Shown piece after piece: positions 23,451 through 34,129 of a stretch of DNA of 64,000 nucleotides; positions within the stretch are counted from its first letter, which is position 1; each line of letters starts with the position of its first letter. This DNA is from Macrostomum lignano (Eukaryota): assembly GCA_002269645.1 (NCBI GenBank), contig NIVC01001174.1, positions 62,001 to 126,000 on the forward strand, in the 5' to 3' direction. The translations under genes and the position numbers were made by a program. The notes beneath the pieces were generated by a model. It made no database searches. It was not told the DNA's origin and saw only the letters and a program-made list of their open reading frames with translations.

Positions 23451-24159
23451 TTGTCGCTGTTCATGGCAGCAGTTAAGCGCGGCTCTCCGACATGACTACA
23501 CCACGGGGAGGTCGCAGCATATCCGCTCGTATTTGCATCGAGATGCAAATATAAGTCGTGCAAATATACATGTAATAACAAACGTTAAACTAAAAAAATA
23601 ATATCTATCGATCGTAATTAAACGCATGGAGAATGCACAAGTACATGCTGCAGTACATAAGTATTTTTAGTGAAATAACAGCAAATATGCAACTTGTAAA
23701 ATCCATACATGTATGCATCTGCGTCAGCTGACCAAGTCCAAGATATGCCAGCCATTGCCAAATGGTATCCAAAATACATGTACACGGCGCAAATGCATGT
23801 TTTTTAATAAATCTTGACGAAATTAAATAAGAGGCCTGTCGTCCGCTTGAAATTAATCAAGATTCGCATCGCGCATCTGGGTGCATATGTGACACACCTG
23901 CTTGTAACAATCCCTTTACATATGTTAGTTTGTCGGTGCATTTCAGGGTCATTTTCATACCCGCCTGCATGATATGTATACCATAGGTGTATTTATACAA
24001 TTTTGCGGCTGAATGCATTGGCTACGAGTGCTTGTTTATAACATTTAACGAAATCTTTAATTGTTAGCAGCTTTGCAGTCATTCGCAGATTAGCACCAGT
24101 AACTAACTTGTACAAAACCAACTGACAGCATTTAAGCTGCATGTCAGAATCTCTCCCAG

Positions 24160-25369
24160 ATGTCCGAGCGTCGAGCGATAAAGTGCGTTGCAGTCGGCGA
24201 CGGAGCCGTGGGAAAAACCAGCCTGCTGATCTCCTACAGCACCGGCCAGTTCCCCAGCGATTACGTGCCCACCGTGTTCGAGTCGTACGCCGTTGACGTT
24301 GACATCGGCGGCCGGACCTGGACGCTGGGCCTGTTTGACACGGCTGGGCAGGAGGGCTTCGATCACGTAGGTTTCTAGGATTGCTAATTCTGGTGCTGTG
24401 CTGGCGCCTGTGGTGCTGGCGCCTGTGGTGCTGGCGCCTCTGGTGCTGGCGCCTCTGGTGCTGGCGCCTCTGGTGCTGGCGCCTCTGGTGCTGGCGCCTC
24501 TGGTGCTGGCGCCTCTGGTAGTTTCTCTCGTCTCTTTGTTTTTGTTAGCTACCTGTACATGCACCCGCCACTGCAGAAACTGTCACCAGTCACGTGACTT
24601 TAACACAATTAGCTTTCTTTACATGTAGCACTGAGTTCGTAAATAGTCGAATGTGTAAGCCTAGCAAACTGCTGATAACCCCCCCCCTCTAGGTGCGCAC
24701 TCTCTCCTACCACAAAACGGACGTCTTCCTGGTTTGCTTCTCACTCGTCAATGACGCTTCGTATCACAACGTTCGCGAGCTCTGGGTGCGCGACATCCGA
24801 CGCAATTCGCCACGCTGCCCCATCGTGCTGGTTGGCACGCAGCTGGATCTTCGCTCGGCCTCCGACCGGCCGGTGGTCACCCACGAGATGGGACGCCGGC
24901 TTGGCTGTCGGATTAAGGCTGCCAAATATGTGGAGTGCTCCGCAATGACTGGGGTGAGTTGCGCTTCTGGTCTACGACGCTTGCTAGCCTGTTACTAGCT
25001 AGCCTGGCATTAGCTAGCCTGGCATTAGCTAGCCTGGCATTAGCTAGCCTGGCATTAGCTAGCCTGGCATTAGCTAGCCTGGCATTAGCTAGCCTGGCAT
25101 TAGCTAGCCTGTCATTAGTGCCTTGTGTGCACTGTGATTGATTGCTTTGAATACACTTAGGCTAAGTGCTTTGCATGCCAACGCTACCCACATGAAATTC
25201 CGTATAAGCTGCTATAGATTGCTTTATTAACAATGAAAATACTTCTGCTCACCCGCAATGATCGTACAAACCACCGCAGGAGAACGTGAACACGGTGTTT
25301 CAAGAGGTGATCCTGGCTGCCACTCAACACAACCGCAGCAAGTTGAACAGTGCGTGCGACCTGCTCTGA
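24160..25369 (+). CDS. Rho-family small GTPase, Cdc42/RhoQ-like, 185 aa, 3 exons
   Basis: Exons 24160-24366, 24693-24953, 25280-25369, all phase 0. Motifs [33 protein letters not shown], and C-terminal CDLL*. Confidence 0.93.
24390..24519. repeat. 15-bp tandem repeat in Rho intron 1
   Basis: (ctggtgctggcgcct) x ~8. Confidence 0.95.
24996..25118. repeat. 15-bp tandem repeat in Rho intron 2
   Basis: (tagctagcctggcat) x ~8. Confidence 0.95.
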
Positions 25370-26406
25370 CTGATTTGTTTGAAGTGTCGAAATGTTTAGA
25401 GACAAAAATTTTTGTCAATCGGTTAAGCCACATAAGTACTGCTTAAGTTTCTAAGGATTAAATTACATGTAGGTAGCCATAGTAACTAACATGCCATGCT
25501 TACAGGTTCGACTACAAGTGACATTTTCAGTTTGTACAGCGAGGCTTCAATGATTCATCGAAATTTTACATGCAATATAGATTTTTGCAGTCAGTTTGAG
25601 CTTAAGATTAAGTCTTTACTCACCAGTAGCTTTTGGGCCTTAGACTAAGGGCAGCAGTTGTATTGAATGAAGCGTTCTGCCACTCTGGATTAAGTCAAAC
25701 TGACTGCGTTGTAAAGTGTTTTTAATTTAAATAAGCAGCACACACTTATCTCTTCTGTTTCAAAAAAGTTTCTATTTGGCTTAAGCTGGTTTGAGATGGT
25801 TGGCTCAACTACCTTTTTTCTATCGATATTAAATAAGATGGAAAGCCTTTATTTAACAGTATGACTGGTAGTCTAGAAAAATTGACAAGTCAATTCATAT
25901 TTGCAGACGAAAAGAGGTGAGTAAACGATAACACATAGGCAAACCTTTTTATTGATAAGTCGCGTACGTATGACAGGGCAGGTGCAAATAAAACATTGAA
26001 TCAATTAAATTTGGGATTAAAAGCATGCACAAATGTGCAAGTACGAAGCTGAATATGAAAGGGCATAGAAAGAGCGCACGAAGTAAAAGAGAGAGAGATA
26101 AGTGCAGCATGCAATGGCTGAGCATAAGCTACAAACACTAACCCTGCTCCCCTCAGAAGAAAGACTTTGTTTAATCTTTGTAACAAATTGGCTTGCGTGG
26201 CCACAAAACATATGAGCTATGACACTCAGCACAGTTATCACCTGGACTCGGCTCAGAGCTGCAGCCAGCACCACCCGGTCCGCTCTTCAAGCTTTTGCAG
26301 AAACTGATCGAATGGCACTACTTTCGTCCACGTCTTCAAACCGCTTTTCAGACTTCTGACTAACCGCTCAGCCTGTCCGTTCGATGCTCCGCTCAAGGTT
26401 TGTGTC

Positions 26407-26520
26407 TCTTCTCAGCTCTCTCTACCCTCTTCTCTCTTTTCTCTCCTCTCCTCTCCTCTCCTCTCCCCTCTCCACTCCTCTTATCTTCTCTCTACTCTTC
26501 TCTCTCCTCTATTCATTTTC
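26407..26520. repeat. CT-rich low-complexity tract
   Basis: Almost only c/t (ctctc, ctcct runs). Confidence 0.85.
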
Positions 26521-26617
26521 CTTTCTCAGCTGGCCCGCAGTAATGATCTAGATTCTTTCTGTGGCTCTTGCTGTAAACAGTTTGCTGACTTAGAGAGTCC
26601 AGTAGAGTCCGGTGGCG

Positions 26618-27264
26618 CCAAATGAGAGACATGACGCACCAAATGAGAGTCATGAGACACCAAATGAGAGTCATGAGACACCAAATGAGAGTCATGAGAC
26701 ACCAAATGAGAGTCATGAGACACCAAATGAGAGTCATGAGACACCAAATGAGAGTCATGAGACACCAAATGAGAGTCATGAGACACCAAATGAGAGTCAT
26801 GAGACACCAAATGAGAGTCGTCATGGGACACCAAATGAGAGTCATGGGACACCAAATGAGAGTCATGAGACACCAAATGAGAGTCATGAGACACCAAATG
26901 AGAGTCGTCATGGGACACCAAATGAGAGTCATGGGACACCAAATGAGAGTCATGAGACACCAAATGATCGAGAGTCATGAGACACCAAATGAGAGTCATG
27001 AGACACCAAATGATCGAGAGTCATGAGACACCAAATGAGAGTCATGAGACACCAACTGAGAGTCATGAGGCACCTAATGAGAGTCATGAGACACCAAATG
27101 AGAGTCATGAGACACCAACTGAGAGTCATGAGGCACCTAATGAGAGTCATGAGACACCAACTGAGAGTCATGAGGCACCAAATGAGAGTCATGAGAAACC
27201 TAATGAGAGTCATGAGACACCAAATGAGAGTCATGAGACACCAAATGAGAGTCATGAGACACCA
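26618..27264. repeat. 21-bp minisatellite (~30 units)
   Basis: Unit ccaaatgagagtcatgagaca with 24-bp and point variants. Confidence 0.95.
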
Positions 27265-27934
27265 AAGGAGAAAATCACAGCAAGTGAATTCCAATCGATG
27301 TCAACCAATTAAGGTAACAATTTTGGCTCAGCATTAGCCCCGCAAAAATCCCATTTTCAATCCGGGAATTGATGGGAAATCCACGGCGCTGATTATTCCC
27401 AAAGGGCTGGCAAGTGTTTTCCCCACCTCTCAGGCGAATAATAATTTATCCCCCAGGTCCGCTGAGTTGGGAAAGATTTCCCACCGGCTGGGTGGATGCC
27501 GCAAAGTGTCGAAGTTATAAAGTGTTCTGCTGCCTCTGATTTATTGCTCAAATAAAAACGCTTGATAGGGAGAGCATTTTTGCTTTCTTTGGCTCTCAGG
27601 GAAGTTTTTCTGGAGCAATTTATTGGGAAATATAAAGCATCGCACATTGGGTGGAAAATGACTCAGCCAATGATGCAGCCATAGGCCTTGGAGCAGATGC
27701 CTTGAGCATTGATAAATTTCATATCTAAGCATAGTTTAATAATTTAGTTCTGGTTTCAAACCTTAAAAGACTCTTTGTTCAACAAAGGCAATTTTTTATC
27801 AAGCTGAAATGCAGCAGGTTTTCGATGAGAAAAAATCAGCGTCTGGTCGAAGTTCGCGCGGTTTTGGATTTCTCAGCCAGCCACGAAAATCGAAAAGTTT
27901 CACGTCCGGCTTCAATGGCCGCGGCGGGGTGAGT

Positions 27935-28825
27935 GTTGGAGGCGCTTGTGTGTGTGTTGGGGGCGCCGTGTGTGTGTTGGGGGCGCCGTGTGTGTGTGTT
28001 GGGGGCGACGTCTGTGTGTGTTGGGGGCGCCGTGTGTGTGTTGGGGGCGACGTCTGTGTGTGTTGGGGGCGCCGTGTGTGTGTTGGGGGCGCCGTGTGTG
28101 TGTTGGGGGCGCCGTGTGTGTGTTGGGGGCGCCGTGTGTGTGTTGGGGGCGCCGTGTGTGTGTTGGGGGCGCCGTGTGTGTGTTGGGGGCGCCGTGTGTG
28201 TGTTGGGGGCGCCGTGTGTGTGTTGGGGGCGCCGTGTGTGTGTTGGGGGCGCCGTGTGTGTGTTGGGGGCGACATCTGTGTGTGTGTGTTGGGGGCGACG
28301 TCTGTGTGTGTGTTGGGGGCGACATCTGTGTGTGTGTGTTGGGGGCGCCGTGTGTGTGTTTTGGGGGCGCCGTGTTTGTGTTGGGGGCGCCGTGTGTGTG
28401 TTGTGGGCGCCGTGTGTGTGTTGGGGGCGCCGTATGTGTGTTAGTGGCGCCGTAAGTGTTAATGGCGCCGTCTGTTTGTTGGGGGCGCCGTGTGTGTGTT
28501 GGGGGCGCTGTATGTGTGTTAGTGGCGCCGTAAGTGTTAATGGCGCCGTCTGTGTGTTGGGGGCGGTTTTGGTGTTGGGCGCCATTTAGAGTGTTGGGGC
28601 GCCATTTAGAGTGTTGGGGGGCGGTTTTGGTGTTGGGCGCCATTTAGAGTGTTGGGGCGCCATTTAAAGTCCCTGGGGCGCCATTTAGAGTATTGGGGCG
28701 CCATTTAGAGTGTTGGGGTGCCATTTAGAGTGCTGGGCGCCATTTAAAGTGCTGGGCGCCATTTAGAGAGTTGGGGCGCCATTTAGAGTATTGGGGCGCC
28801 ATTTAAAGTATTTGGGGTGCCATTT
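27935..28825. repeat. G-rich 20-bp minisatellite, two subtypes
   Basis: gtgtgtgtgttgggggcgcc units (to ~28560) grade into gccatttagagtgttggggc-type units. Confidence 0.95.
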
Positions 28826-28933
28826 AGAGAGTTAGTTTGCGGTCCAGTATGCTTATTTCTCTGTCGCTCAGACTATCCAGCGAGTATATACTCAAATATC
28901 AAAGTGCAGTGCAGTGCAAGGAAACTCAAGCAA

Positions 28934-31900
28934 ATGGGAAAAAGGCAGAGTTGCAGGATTTATGCGGCAAACTGGGAAGAAAGTGTTGCTCCCAAAACAG
29001 ACTCATCAGTCAGCTGGTATGGAGTCCCGAAAGAGATTCGTGTTTTTTCTCTCCTAGAAATTGGGAATAACATTCTGGTTGCTGTAGACAGAATTAATTG
29101 GGAGATGCTTTTTGCCTGCTTGACTTTGCTTGCGGTTTTTCGTCTTGACTGCCACTTTTTTGTGCGGATCGGCCAGACAAACACTGAGAGAGTGTTGTGT
29201 AAGTGTGACAGCCACTGCTCACTTGCTCAGGACATCATTCGCTTGACTGTTAAAGCTAAGAGTAATTTATGGATATCTTCAGCACAGGAATCCATGGGAG
29301 ATGAGGATCTCACTCCCTAATCTATCAGAGATTAGGATCTCACTCTCTAATCTATCAGAGAGTAGGGTCTCACTCCCTAATCTATCAGAGAGTAGGGTCT
29401 CACTCTCTAATCTATCAGAGATTAGGATCTCACTCTCTAATCTATCAGAGAGTAGGATCTCACTCCCTAATCTATCAGAGAGTAGGGTCTCACTCTCTAA
29501 TCTATCAGAGAGTAGGATCTCACTCCCTAATCTATCAGAGAGTAGGGTCTCACTCTAATCTATTAGAGATTAGGATCTCACTCCCTAATCTATCAGAGAT
29601 TAGGATCTCACTTTCTAATCGATGAGAGATGAATGAAGATTTCATTCCATGAGAGATAGGTAAGATTTCACTACCTAATCCATGAGATGTTCCGAAATCT
29701 CAGCCGTCCAATTCTCTCCGCAGCTGGCGGGCCATTTCGAGGGCATCAACCAGCTGGACAGACTTCGCTCACGGGCAATCGATAAAATGCTGGTGGCCGA
29801 TCAAGAGGCCAAGAAGCGAGAGGTGCAGCTGCTGATAATTGGTGAGTCGGGAGAGGCAGGAGACTCAGATGACAAAACTGCCTGACCTTCTGCTGCAAGG
29901 CGAATCCCAGGGCTTTAAACAGGTTTTCACAGTTAACCCCCACCTGAAGGGGAGCTGAAAATCAGCTTTGTAATTGTCTGTTTATCTGTGTACTAACCGC
30001 GGCCAACTCCGCTTAACTTGACAGGAAAAGTTCAATTAGCGTAATTTCAAAATAGGATGCGTTAAACTCGATGCGTCCCCTTATTCTGTTTGAAAGATTG
30101 TCAAATTTAATAAAAAAGTTCCTTTTTTCAAGAGATCTGAGGCGCAGTAGTCGTCTTTTGAGTCTACAGAAAGACTTTGCCAAAGAAAATTATTGTTAAA
30201 AGAACTGACACGGAATGTAGAAAGATTTTCGTGCTTAAAAATGTAATGATCTTTTTACATTCGTAGGCCGCAGCCTCGTGACCCGCGAATTCTTTATTGC
30301 ACTCCGTGCCCCGCCGCAATGACCGCACGCAGGGACCGCCGAGGTTGAGTTAAAAAAAAAACTCTACAAATAAAAAAGCTGAACTGGCTACGCACGAAGT
30401 GAGCGGGGTTCAGAGGGGAAGAATTGGTAAAGTCATTCCTGTCTGACGTTTTTGTCCTCTTTCTCATAGACTGATTGCACAGGTCCTAGTTCCAATGATT
30501 GATAAAATTTCGACAGTCCCAGGCAGATAAAAGTTAAGGACAGAGACCAGGTTCTGATGATGGACCAGACGTCAATTAAAGTCGAATATTAAAATGTCTC
30601 TAAAAGTGGCTCTGTAGACTCCGTAGGGGTAGAGCAGCTCAGTAGGGGTGGACTCAGGGTTGGAGTCCGGTCCCTGGATCGATTCCGTGCGCGAAAATTT
30701 GCCAGGAGGTTGTCGTCTGACGCACCATCATGAGGGCCAACCCCAAGGCACAGGGAGTGCACATACGTGAAAATTAGAACTCAGGGCCGCTGCACACCCT
30801 GTATGAGCGTGTGTATCTTCGCGGCCTAAAGTTCTTCGCGGTTAAGTAACAACTAACAGGACGCAAACGTGTCAGAAACTTCAACCGATCTGTACGCGTT
30901 TTTGTCCGGCTTGACTTTTTGTTGTGGTTTTGTAATTGCGTCGACAAATGGGGACTCTTACTGTTCATAAAGCCTGTGAAAACAATGCTGGCACGAAGCA
31001 CACTCAAAATCACTGGTTTCTAAGCCAATCTACCCCCGAGTCTCTTCACTCATCTCTCTCAACAGGCGGCACGGGCAGCGGCAAAAGCACGCTGGTCCGA
31101 CAGATGCGGATCCACCACGGCGACGCGTTTCCGGACGAGAAGCGGCGGCGACTGGCCGACAGAGTGCTGGAGAACCTGGCCGACGGAGTGCAGATTGTCC
31201 TGGAGAATATGCGGTCCAGGGACTGCTGGTTCAAGGACGAATATGTCAGGGTACAAACTGTGCACGTTGCAGTCAAGCCTATGTCCACATGCTTTCAGTA
31301 GCTATGCAATAATTCAATTAATAATTAACGATCAAGTTTCATTTTCAAAGCGAAGGCTTAAGGGGCTTAAAAGGACAGATAAAGGAGGCGAGGGGAATAC
31401 CCGTATCTCCTGGTTGAAAACTACGTGTCTTTTTGTAGAAGCAGACATAAGCTTAGGGCAATACTAAAAAAATTGAAACAGATTATAGAGAGAAAACCAT
31501 CCCTTCTCTCCGAGTTGATTGAAAAATGCTCGGCATCAGAAATTGATGAATGTCATAAAATGCTTGATTAATGCTAATTCGTGTCAGTGAATACGTTACA
31601 GAAGTTACAGGTCTCTTAGTATGCAGCCAATTGTATTCCTATAAGTTTTCGATCTTAGTCTAAAACTGCTTTCCTAATGAGAAGACTAAAGCAATAATCT
31701 TGATGCCCTGTGCCGCCCTGTGCCGAATCTCCTGTTACCATTGCACACAAGTTCGAGTAATTCACTAGTAGATTAACTGCTACATGCATTTGACACTCGC
31801 ACAATAGTTGTTTGCTATGAATTGCTGGTCTAATTACTCAAAAGGATTATTCTCACTCGTTCCCATCCAGGACATGGCTGCGGAGTTCCTGGCGCACTGC

Positions 31901-34129
31901 CCCCGCTTCAACCGCTGCATCTTCCGGGTGCCGAACCGACTTGAAAACATCGCCGACAGCATCCATTATGCCCGCGTCGAATTCGCCGACGCTGGCATCG
32001 AGGACGAGAAAGATGAAGACTCCGACAGCGAGGAGCAGTTGGAAGCCGATCATAACGATGATAGCGGAAACTGCCAGCGTAGACGTCGACAGCATCGTCG
32101 CGGACTTTGCCAGCTTGTTGAGGCGGAAGAGATTGATGACCCCGACGGTGGACCAGGCCGTATGAAAGGTTCCGAGTCACCTTCGTTGATCTTCTACTAC
32201 GATTTGCAGGTCAAGGAACCTTTAGATAATGCTGGTGCTACCGATAGCGTCGAAAACCCGTCATTGACAACCAGCAACTCGCTGAACTCCCGCTCCTTGG
32301 CGCCCAGTTACGTCAGTACGCTCGACTTTGCGTCATTGCGTCGAAAGCTGGACGCTTTGGCGGCGGAAAAAACGCCACGGAAGGCGCGGGTGGGCCGCGG
32401 CACGGACGGCACTACCGTGGCGAAGTACTTCGTGCGTCATCTGAAGAACATCACGGCGCAACCGGAGTTCGAGGAATGTCTTCTTGACGCTGAATATTTT
32501 AGACCAGAAATCACCTATGCTGAGATTTAGTAAGTGTTGCTGTCTTTTTTTATCGAAATTGCGCCAGATAAACTGTGTAGTTTTGAACTTCTGAGGCTCT
32601 TACGAGCGAAACTTTGGTGCTCGTTGGTCAAACGACCAAACTGTGATGATCATTAGTCAAACTTTGATGCTGTTAATCAAGTTTTAAACGTCGCCTGTAA
32701 AGCTTTGAGTCTGTGGGGTAGATAAAAAAACAATTTTCTTTTAAAAAATAATTATGAGTAATAGCTTTGATATCTATTAACCTTCCTATTGCGATACACA
32801 TTAATTCGATTTCTTCTTCAGTTTCATTCGTCACGTGGACCGGCTAATCCAAGAGGATTATACGCCCAGCCTGCAGGACATCCTAGCCATACGACGGCCG
32901 AATCACGCCGTAAAGGAGGCGAGCTTTTCAATTAGCGGTTGCTCGTTTAGGTAAGCCAATTTAAGAGAAGTTCAGGTTGTTCCCGAAAATTCTAACCCTT
33001 ACCATATTAGCATATATTTCAATTCTTCTCAATGTTCTTCAATGTTTCCTATCGGCGTGATAGGAAAACATCTTTTCCAATGTTTGAAAAGATAGGAAAG
33101 CCGATCGCTCTTTGCAAACTTTACGAAATATTCAGAATCATCGACTTGGCCGATTACCGACGCCAGCGCTGTCGCTGGCTGCACTACTTCGAAGACGTCA
33201 GCGCGGTGCTGTTCGTGGCGTCGCTGACCGGCTTCTCCGAGCTGATTGAGGACGGCGATAGAATCGTGAGTCAAATCGTCTTGTGACAGAAAATTTATCT
33301 AAAATGTTCGTCTAAATTACCTTTTTTATTCTTTCCAGACCGTAAAAATGACCGAATGCCTAAGGCTATTCGGCGAAGTGGCTAGTAGCAAGCACCTGTG
33401 GAAGAAGGACCTATTTCTGTTTCTAAATAAGTTGGATCTGTTCGAGAAGGCGCTGCAGAAGAAGAGCATTGCTGGCCTATTTCCCGATTATCGAGGTCAG
33501 AAAATGAGCAGATTTTATTTTGAAACATATTACTCTTGTTTGTGGGAAATAAATTCTGTAGGCTCCAACTGTAGGATATTTTGCAATTCTCACTGAGAAA
33601 CATGATGTGCGGATGTACCGAGCTTCAGTTATAAATGATACAAAAGTTACGTGAAATGGTTGCAATTTCAGTAGAAAGTAAGAAAAGGACGTTGAGGTGT
33701 TGGTTCGAAGGAGGCATTTTGCAGCTGACACAAATCAAGGTGGCAGTGAACCCACAGCCACCGAGGAAGACATGCAGTTGTGCGTACCACAACTCTCCCA
33801 TCGTCATCCATGTACATGCAGGCTCTGTCTTGTAGGTTGACTTGACTACGTGTCCGGGATCCGGTACGTCAACCTGTATTTCAGTCCATTTTATCTGTAG
33901 CTCTGCATAATCCCCAACTTCTCATCCAGGCCGCGACGATGTGTCAGAGAGCAGTCAATTCATCAAGGAAAAGTTCCTCAGCCTGCTGCCAAAGAATCTA
34001 CCCAAGTCGAAGCGTGTATTCGCCCACGTAGTGAGCGCTATCGACATCGAGGGCATGCGAAAAATTTTCGGCGAGGTGCTTCGCAAACTTGCCGAGGCCA
34101 ATTTGAAAAGGAGCCTGCACGTGTTCTGA
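28934..34129 (+). CDS. Highly divergent heterotrimeric G-protein alpha subunit (~550 aa, 8 exons)
   Basis: Exons 28934-29008 (tentative, MGKRQSC), 29724-29841, 31066-31250, 31871-32529, 32822-32950, 33136-33265, 33339-33495, 33930-34129, with consistent phases (0,1,0,2,2,0,1). Motifs RSRAIDKML..EVQLLIIG, SGKSTLVRQMRIHH, DYTPSLQDIL, WLHYFEDVSAVLF, LFLNKLDLF. Confidence 0.88.
29305..29620. repeat. 30-bp tandem repeat in G-alpha intron 1 (~10 units)
   Basis: Unit ggatctcactccctaatctatcagagatta with variants. Confidence 0.95.
30729..30815 (+). repeat. Dispersed repeat, copy 2 (related to 11492-11590)
   Basis: See the alignment given for 11492-11590. Confidence 0.55.

Noticed and set aside
26240-26620. 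Two AG/GT-bounded segments flanking the CT tract (..GCTCCGCTCAAG|gt and cag|CTGGCCCGC..)
   Set aside because: No start codon or recognisable domain; they could be UTR exons but cannot be supported.
26513-28643. Repetitive ORFs (HETPNES, MRHQMRV, CLMTLIW, RRPQHTH repeats)
   Set aside because: 21- and 20-bp repeats are open on both strands simply because the unit lacks stops; no unique coding flanks.
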